Origin: a plasmid
Sequence record: NZ_CP120538.1
Reading direction: 5' to 3' (one strand)
Length of the DNA stretch: 9,630 nucleotides
Positions 4,832 to 9,630 of this stretch are shown piece after piece. The notes below the pieces were generated by a model, which made no database searches, was not told where the DNA came from, and saw only the letters and a program-made list of their open reading frames with translations. How positions within the stretch are numbered: position 1 is the stretch's first letter; every line of letters begins with the position of its first letter. The translations under genes were made by a program, and so were the position numbers.

Positions 4832-6244
4832 ATGTATCATAAAATTATAGGCGGGATAGCAGATAGAAAACAACGAAATATAAAAAATGCGGTTAATTAT
4901 TTATTAAGGCTAAATAAATCAGAAGAGCAGATACACGTTAAAACGCTCTCTATGACGTCACAACAAGACTTATTAAATTTTAATAACTTCATATTACCAA
5001 AGAATAAAAAATCGCCCTACGTGTGTGGCGTGCTCTCATTTGAAGAAGAAAACATAAATGAAGACTTAAAAGTTAAAATTATGACTGATTTTGAAGAAAT
5101 GCTTTTTTCAGGGATAGAACTAACGAATAGACCACCTCTCATGTGGGTGCAGCATACCGACAAGGGTAGGTTAGAACTTAATTATTTAACATTTAATGTA
5201 TTAGCTGATGGTCGTTCTTTTACTGCTTACTTTGATAAGACTGATAGAAAATTATTCAACACATTTTCTGAGATCATAAATTATGAAAATGATTTTTCTA
5301 GCCCACTGGAGAAGTTAGATAAAAGAAACACATTAATAAATAACCCAAATCCTCAAGCCCCCAAAGATAAAAAGCTTCTTATTGAAAACCTTAACAATGA
5401 AATTATGGGGCAAATTTTGATTGGCGAATTAGCAGATCGTAACGAAGTAATAAAATACATAAAATCAAAAGGTTATAAAATAAATAGAGTAAGAAAAAAT
5501 GCGATAAGTATAAAGTTAGAAAATGACGATAAACCCATTGTTTTGAAAGGAGATATTTATGAAGAGGGTAGAATATACGCAGATTATAGAAGAGAGCCAG
5601 AAGTTAGCAATAGAAGAGATCCAGAAGTTGTTAAAAGCGCACTCAATCAATTTAGAGACGACTTTGAGCGATTGCTTAGCAAACGACAAGATAAAAATAG
5701 AAAACGCTTTAAAAGCTCACAGAGAAGCATTGAGAAAAGAATTGAGAGCAGAGTTAACAGCCAATATTTGGATCAAAATTTTGAAGTTAAAAATTCATTT
5801 GGGGTTGGGGGCGTTACTTTCTCTAAGTCTAATTTATATCACGATATTAACCATAATAATAATTTTAAAATAAAGGAGAAAAACAGTGAGTTATATATTG
5901 GAACGTATAAGAGAAAAGAAAAAACAGAAGCAGAAAGATTTGAATTATTACGAAATAGAATACTTGAAGCTAAACGAGTCCAGAAATCAACTGATCATGG
6001 AATTGAGAGATTTAGAGATCAGCAGCATAGAATTCGAGACTCAATTAGAACTACTCAATACAGAACTCGATTTGTTAGAGGATACGTTGCTAGATTTAGT
6101 GAATTATTTAACGAAATCTTGCAAAGAGCTTTCAGCTTTAGTTTCAGAGCTAAAACCCTCGAAGAGCGCAAAGAAAAAGCAAAAATCCTCCAAAAAGAAA
6201 AAACGGCCGAACTCAAAAGTTCAGGAAGAAAGTTTAGAGTCTGA
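4832..6244 (+). CDS. mobA: Conjugative relaxase, ColE1 MbeA-like (MOB_HEN / MOBP5 type), 470 aa
   Basis: N-terminal catalytic Tyr motif AVNYLL (compare MbeA VDYLL, Y19). H-x7-E-x-N motif (QHTDKGRLELNY) replaces the 3-His motif, as in MbeA. Preceded by mobC and contains embedded out-of-frame genes like mbeB/mbeD of ColE1. Confidence 0.85.
   Translation: MYHKIIGGIADRKQRNIKNAVNYLLRLNKSEEQIHVKTLSMTSQQDLLNFNNFILPKNKKSPYVCGVLSFEEENINEDLKVKIMTDFEEMLFSGIELTNRPPLMWVQHTDKGRLELNYLTFNVLADGRSFTAYFDKTDRKLFNTFSEIINYENDFSSPLEKLDKRNTLINNPNPQAPKDKKLLIENLNNEIMGQILIGELADRNEVIKYIKSKGYKINRVRKNAISIKLENDDKPIVLKGDIYEEGRIYADYRREPEVSNRRDPEVVKSALNQFRDDFERLLSKRQDKNRKRFKSSQRSIEKRIESRVNSQYLDQNFEVKNSFGVGGVTFSKSNLYHDINHNNNFKIKEKNSELYIGTYKRKEKTEAERFELLRNRILEAKRVQKSTDHGIERFRDQQHRIRDSIRTTQYRTRFVRGYVARFSELFNEILQRAFSFSFRAKTLEERKEKAKILQKEKTAELKSSGRKFRV
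5559..5873 (+). CDS. Embedded mobilization gene (MobB/MbeB-like analogue), 104 aa with a C-terminal membrane anchor, in the +2 frame inside the relaxase gene
   Basis: Strong RBS AAGGAGAT 6 nt before the ATG. C-terminal hydrophobic segment LGLGALLSLSLIYITILTIIIIL. Its position matches the overlapping mob genes of ColE1/RSF1010-type systems. Confidence 0.55.
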   Translation: MKRVEYTQIIEESQKLAIEEIQKLLKAHSINLETTLSDCLANDKIKIENALKAHREALRKELRAELTANIWIKILKLKIHLGLGALLSLSLIYITILTIIIILK

Positions 6245-6329
6245 TATTGAAAATATTAAGCGTATGGTTGATTTTTTAATGTCAGAATATAAAAAATCTA
6301 TAGAAAAAAATAGAAAGGCTAGAAACTAG
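5886..6329 (+). CDS. Second embedded/overlapping mobilization-associated gene (147 aa, GTG start), coiled-coil with a poly-Lys C-terminus. Overlaps the relaxase 3' end out of frame.
   Basis: AAGGAG RBS at 5873-5878, 7 nt before the GTG at 5886. Heptad-like LxxLxxE repeats. KKKQKSSKKKKRPNSK tail. Ends inside the terminator hairpin. Confidence 0.5.
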   Translation: MSYILERIREKKKQKQKDLNYYEIEYLKLNESRNQLIMELRDLEISSIEFETQLELLNTELDLLEDTLLDLVNYLTKSCKELSALVSELKPSKSAKKKQKSSKKKKRPNSKVQEESLESDIENIKRMVDFLMSEYKKSIEKNRKARN

Positions 6330-6338
6330 CCTTTCTAT
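6310..6338. terminator. Bidirectional rho-independent terminator ATAGAAAGGCTAG-AAA-CTAGCCTTTCTAT with T-runs on both strands, between the convergent mob and restriction genes
   Basis: Perfect 13-bp stem seen directly. T7 run on the minus strand, T-rich on the plus strand. Confidence 0.7.
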
Positions 6339-6366
6339 TTAAGCTATTTTCCTGAGTAAAAAAAAC

Positions 6367-6891
6367 TTATAACTTTTTACTTCTAGGTTTTGACAAGTCT
6401 GGAGGCGAACCAAAATATAAATCACCATTTTCTATTACGTATTTTATTGGTATTTTTGGGTTATTGATATCTTTTCCTCCATCTGAATGCCATTTTTTTT
6501 CCCATTTATCATAAAAAAATTCTAGATTTTCAGGCTGTAAAATATATATGCTTTTTATTTCTATGTTTTCGTAAATTGCAAAAACCCAAGGAACTTTTCT
6601 GTATTTTTCTATTATTTTTGGATTCATATGGTGGTGTGTTGAAAAGTTTTTCACTAGATCAATATTTGCTGATTTTAATTCATATTCAATACCACTTGAG
6701 TCAATTGCATCATTTCCCTCTCTTCCGGGGAGTACTTTTATGTCTAGTAATAATAATACTTGTAATAATTTTCCTCCATTGTCTTGAAATATATCATATA
6801 TTCCATGCTCATTAGCTAGATTTTGGTATTCTTGGATAGCAGGCCATAAATGTAGTAGTTTTTCGTAGTCTTTATTTGGTTTCAGAGTCAT
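6367..6891 (-). CDS. Type II restriction endonuclease, R.PvuII-like (174 aa)
   Basis: Close similarity, from recall, to R.PvuII across its length: LWPx[19 protein letters not shown], [22 protein letters not shown] (catalytic D/E/K region), [44 protein letters not shown]. Adjacent to the C gene and a divergent beta-class MTase, exactly as in the PvuII operon. Confidence 0.9.
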   Translation of the reverse strand: MTLKPNKDYEKLLHLWPAIQEYQNLANEHGIYDIFQDNGGKLLQVLLLLDIKVLPGREGNDAIDSSGIEYELKSANIDLVKNFSTHHHMNPKIIEKYRKVPWVFAIYENIEIKSIYILQPENLEFFYDKWEKKWHSDGGKDINNPKIPIKYVIENGDLYFGSPPDLSKPRSKKL

Positions 6892-7114
6892 TAAATTCTT
6901 CCTTTAACAAATCTGATGCTGATATTTTCATCGCTTTTGCAATTTTTTCAATATTATCAATAGATATATTTCTTTCTGACCGCTCTACAGCTCCAATGTA
7001 TGTGCGGTGTAAGCCAACAAGGTCTGCGAAAGATTCTTGTGATATATTGTTTTTATTTCTATGATTTTTAATGTTTTTAGCGAGTATTTCTCGTAGCATC
7101 ATCTTCATTTTCAT
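6872..7114 (-). CDS. Controller (C) protein of the R-M system, XRE-family HTH (80 aa)
   Basis: [28 protein letters not shown]. Lies upstream of, and overlaps by 20 nt, the endonuclease gene. C-box-like repeats 35-60 bp upstream of its start. Confidence 0.85.
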   Translation of the reverse strand: MKMKMMLREILAKNIKNHRNKNNISQESFADLVGLHRTYIGAVERSERNISIDNIEKIAKAMKISASDLLKEEFNDSETK

Positions 7115-7133
7115 TGAATAATAAAGGAATAAA

Positions 7134-8159
7134 ATGTACTATTTGATGACTATATATCTACAGACTATGAGTAGCAGATTGATGATTGATGATTTAAAGC
7201 GTGCATATTATACGAATAATGGAGCGGTATATGAGGGGGACTCTCTGAAGTTATTAGATTCTATCGCTGATAATAGTATAAATCTAATTATTACAAGTCC
7301 GCCTTTTGCTTTGCAGCGTAAAAAAGAATATGGGAATCATGATCAAGATGACTATATAGATTGGTTTATCCCTTTTGCTGAAAAAGCAAAGAGAAAATTA
7401 ACTGATGATGGTAGTTTTGTTATAGATTTTGGTGGTGCTTATAAAAAAGGTATGCCAGTAAGAAGTTTATATAATTTTAAAATTCTAATTGAATTAGTTG
7501 AAACGGTTGGCTTTCATTTGGCTGAGGATTTTTATTGGTTTAATCCATCAAAACTACCAAGTCCTATTGAATGGGTAAATAAAAGAAAACTAAGGGTAAA
7601 GGATTCAGTAAATACTATTTGGTGGTTAAGTAAAACTCCATGGCCTAAATCAGATGTAACAAAAGTATTGAGTCCATATAGTGAAAAAATGAAAAAGCTA
7701 ATTGATAATCCTGAAAAATATTATACACCTAAGATGAGACCGTCAGGACATGATATTGGAAGTAGCTTTGGTAAAGACAATGGTGGTGCTATCCCTCCGA
7801 ATTTACTTCAAATCCCAAATTCAGAATCAAATAGTGGATATTTATCAGGTTGTAAAAAAGTAGGAGTTAAATCGCACCCAGCAAGATTCCCTGCTAAGTT
7901 GCCTGAGTTTTTTATCAAAATGCTTACAGACGAAAATGATATTGTTCTTGATATTTTTGGTGGTTCAAATACTACAGGAATGGTTGCAGAAAATCTAAAT
8001 AGGAAATGGATTACTTTTGAGAAAGAGATTAATTATATAGCAACATCAGCTTTCAGATTCTTTGATAAAGGTGAAAATGAGGAATCTCTCATAAAAGTTC
8101 ATGATGATATCCTTTCTGGAAATGAAGTTAAGTTAAATGAGTTTTTAGTAAAAAAATAA
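7134..8159 (+). CDS. DNA methyltransferase, beta-class (motif IV before motif I), M.PvuII-like N4-cytosine MTase (341 aa). Alternative internal Met starts are possible (codons 5, 12, 17).
   Basis: Motif IV SPPF (IITSPPFAL) near the N-terminus. Motif I FGGSNTTG (DIFGGSNTTGMVA) near the C-terminus. The size and the divergent C/R arrangement match PvuII. Confidence 0.9.
   Translation: MYYLMTIYLQTMSSRLMIDDLKRAYYTNNGAVYEGDSLKLLDSIADNSINLIITSPPFALQRKKEYGNHDQDDYIDWFIPFAEKAKRKLTDDGSFVIDFGGAYKKGMPVRSLYNFKILIELVETVGFHLAEDFYWFNPSKLPSPIEWVNKRKLRVKDSVNTIWWLSKTPWPKSDVTKVLSPYSEKMKKLIDNPEKYYTPKMRPSGHDIGSSFGKDNGGAIPPNLLQIPNSESNSGYLSGCKKVGVKSHPARFPAKLPEFFIKMLTDENDIVLDIFGGSNTTGMVAENLNRKWITFEKEINYIATSAFRFFDKGENEESLIKVHDDILSGNEVKLNEFLVKK
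7148..7173. promoter_or_regulatory. C-box operator pair, GACT-ATA-TATC TACA GACT-ATG-AGTA, upstream of the C gene and embedded in the 5' end of the MTase ORF
   Basis: Tandem GACT-N3-AGTC-like half-site pairs with a 4-bp spacer, matching the known C.PvuII-type C-box layout. Sequence seen directly. Confidence 0.6.
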
Positions 8160-8166
8160 TTTAATA

Positions 8167-8200
8167 AAAAGAGAATTTTATTAGAATAAATTCTCTTTTA
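8167..8200. terminator. AT-rich bidirectional hairpin terminator (AAAAGAGAATTT...AAATTCTCTTTT) between the MTase gene and the convergent HTH gene
   Basis: 12-bp perfect stem with T-runs on both strands, seen directly. Confidence 0.6.
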
Positions 8201-8202
8201 TT

Positions 8203-8466
8203 TTAAATTTGGTTTTTATCTTGCTGCTTGTAGCGCTTTGCTAAGGATTTTACCGCATCAATTGTAGCGTTCATGCTATCAGCAACGTCTTTCCAGGCTA
8301 AGCCTTTCTGTCTAAGTTCAAACGCTTGTTTTCTACGGGCTGCAGCTTCTTGTTCGTAATCTTCACGATCCTGTGAATAGTATTTTTTTACTGTTGCGAT
8401 TGATACGCCATATTCAAATGCTAAATCTTTTGCTTTTGTGTTTCTTTTTTGATTTTTAATTTTCAT
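8203..8466 (-). CDS. Small HTH DNA-binding protein (87 aa), translationally coupled to the upstream rep gene
   Basis: HTH segment LAFEYGVSIATVKKY. Start ATG overlaps the rep stop (ATGA). Basic C-terminus. Confidence 0.7.
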   Translation of the reverse strand: MKIKNQKRNTKAKDLAFEYGVSIATVKKYYSQDREDYEQEAAARRKQAFELRQKGLAWKDVADSMNATIDAVKSLAKRYKQQDKNQI

Positions 8467-9317
8467 AGTAATTCATTCCTTAGTGCAGCGAGTAGATTAG
8501 CAGCTTTTTTCTTCGTCTTAGTCTTCCCTAGGTTTCTTTTTCCTCGCTCACTTTGTATTTTTGAAAATTGTTCGGAGCTAAAATTCTTCCATACCCACTT
8601 TCCAACGCTTCTTGCTGTTGCTTTAATTTCGTTAAAAGGTAATAAATTAGTCGGATTTGAATAAGTATTGAGATTAATTGCTTGTTTTTCGATTTCATTC
8701 ATCCAGTGATGAAAATCGCTGATTTCTTTAAATTTTAAAACATTTTTATAAGCATAATGTCTTAAGTCGTCAAAGAGGTTGACGTTGCGACCTAATCCAA
8801 AGCTTTCATACTTAGTGGTCTCTTTATTTGAGTTTTCTAGTGTAATGAAATCAGCTAAATAATCGAGTTCATATAAATCCGCATTGCTCCAATGAGGTCT
8901 CCAGTGTGGATTGAATGGGTTTTTAGTGATTAAACCTGCAAATCCCTGATCTGCTTTTAGATTTTTTCCCATTTCTAATTCAACTGCAGCCGCATAACGT
9001 AATGGTTCTAACTTTGCATTTTGAGTCTTACATACTCCTCTTTTTAGTATATATCCCATATGACAACGCCCGTTTTCTGGGTTTTGAGTTGTAAAATGAG
9101 GAACTGGGAGGTGTGCTTCTTCAAAATCATAAAAGCTGTTATCTCTATCTATATCAAACAATAAGCATGTTTGAATTGAAGGATTATTTATCTGTAAGTA
9201 AAGCATATCTAACGCTTTATTTTTAGGTCTTATTTTTAGCCCGTAATCTAGGTTATCACTACAATATGGCTTATAGGGAAGTTGACTAATTATTGTTTCT
9301 TGGTTATCGTTATACAT
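8463..9317 (-). CDS. rep: Plasmid replication initiator protein (284 aa); tentatively ColE2-Rep/Replicase (primase-type) family
   Basis: Sits as the first gene behind a repeat-rich leader. Acidic hhhhDhD motif (LLFDIDRDN) as in primase-type Reps. Basic C-terminal tail. The family call rests on recalled features only. Confidence 0.6.
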   Translation of the reverse strand: MYNDNQETIISQLPYKPYCSDNLDYGLKIRPKNKALDMLYLQINNPSIQTCLLFDIDRDNSFYDFEEAHLPVPHFTTQNPENGRCHMGYILKRGVCKTQNAKLEPLRYAAAVELEMGKNLKADQGFAGLITKNPFNPHWRPHWSNADLYELDYLADFITLENSNKETTKYESFGLGRNVNLFDDLRHYAYKNVLKFKEISDFHHWMNEIEKQAINLNTYSNPTNLLPFNEIKATARSVGKWVWKNFSSEQFSKIQSERGKRNLGKTKTKKKAANLLAALRNELL

Positions 9318-9392
9318 GAATAAACAATTCCTTGTAGTTGAAACCCTGCACTTAAGTTTGCCGACCAGAGTGTGGGGTTTTGTTTTTTATAA

Positions 9393-9420
9393 GTTATAAC
9401 TCCTTTTTTCTTTGTGTCAA
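9393..9420 (-). promoter_or_regulatory. Strong candidate rep promoter on the minus strand: TTGACA (complement of 9415-9420), 16-nt spacer, TATAAC (complement of 9393-9398)
   Basis: Read directly from the reverse strand. The -35 lies inside copy 1 of the 38-bp direct repeat. Confidence 0.55.
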
Positions 9421-9546
9421 GTGTCTAAATTAACCATATCAGATAACAGCCAATTTTTGGTGGGTTTTCATATTCAAAAGGAAAACTGTTTATTTAGATT
9501 ATTGAACGTGTCAAGTGTCTAAATTAACCATATCAGATAACAGCCG
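9414..9546. repeat. Two perfect 38-bp direct repeats GTGTCAAGTGTCTAAATTAACCATATCAGATAACAGCC (9414-9451 and 9509-9546; 95-bp period). Each is followed by a TGG(T/G)GGGTTTT G-tract/T-run element, with a third such element at 9370-9389 in the rep leader.
   Basis: Seen directly. Too few and too long for classic iterons or a CRISPR array. Probably duplicated rep control or origin sequence. Confidence 0.75.
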
Positions 9547-9630
9547 GATCTCTTGGGGGGTTTTAGATCATAGGAAAGTAATGCTATTTATCAAAACGGA
9601 CTGATTTCTCAGCCCTTTTCTTCATATTGT

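Noticed and set aside
6576-7064. Two plus-strand ORFs (6576-6815 and 6876-7064) antisense to the restriction endonuclease and C genes
   Set aside because: Both are fully contained, antisense, within ORFs that have strong homology-based support. Low-complexity translations. No RBS.
2657-8104. Additional isolated TCATGAT heptamers inside coding regions (about 2657, 7338, 8098)
   Set aside because: Single short matches without palindromic extension, in AT-rich coding DNA. About that many are expected by chance, so they are not counted as par operator sites.
8449-8664. 71-aa plus-strand ORF antisense to the 3' end of rep and the HTH gene
   Set aside because: Antisense overlap with two coupled, well-supported genes. 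No RBS.
9414-9546. Possibility that the 38-bp direct repeats are a CRISPR array
   Set aside because: Only two copies, with a single 57-bp intervening unit that itself shares the G-tract/T-run tail. No cas genes. Located in the rep leader. Better explained as duplicated replication-control sequence.

Overview
This window looks like most or all of the backbone of a small, very AT-rich (about one-third GC by eye) mobilizable plasmid, with accessory cargo. Reading left to right, it carries the following modules:

- **Partition cassette:** a ParF/ParA deviant-Walker ATPase and a ParG-like RHH protein, bracketed by TCATGA-centred palindromes.
- **Serine recombinase segment:** a 1.24 kb stretch holding a Hin/Gin-like serine recombinase gene and a lipoprotein gene. 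It is flanked by a perfect 23-bp inverted repeat whose outer half-site resembles the Hin/Gin hix half-site, so it is a candidate invertible (phase-switch) segment.
- **Uncharacterised gene cluster:** a zinc-ribbon membrane protein, a second lipoprotein and a 176-aa unknown protein.
- **Operator-like repeat family:** an array of four copies of a 22-bp near-palindrome with core TAATCGATTA.
- **Mobilisation module:** a ColE1-type (MOB_HEN) unit with a GC-rich hairpin island (candidate oriT), mobC, an MbeA-like relaxase with an H-x7-E-x-N motif, and two genes embedded out of frame inside the relaxase gene.
- **Restriction-modification system:** a PvuII-like C/R/M unit with C-boxes embedded in the methyltransferase 5' end.
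- **Replication module:** a Rep gene translationally coupled to a small HTH gene, preceded by two perfect 38-bp direct repeats.

The most interesting points are the putative invertible recombinase/lipoprotein segment next to a cluster of uncharacterised membrane and lipoprotein genes, and the shared palindromic operator family linking the unknown 176-aa gene to the mob promoter region.

All protein-family calls rest on motifs read by eye and on recall of family signatures. No database searches were run.
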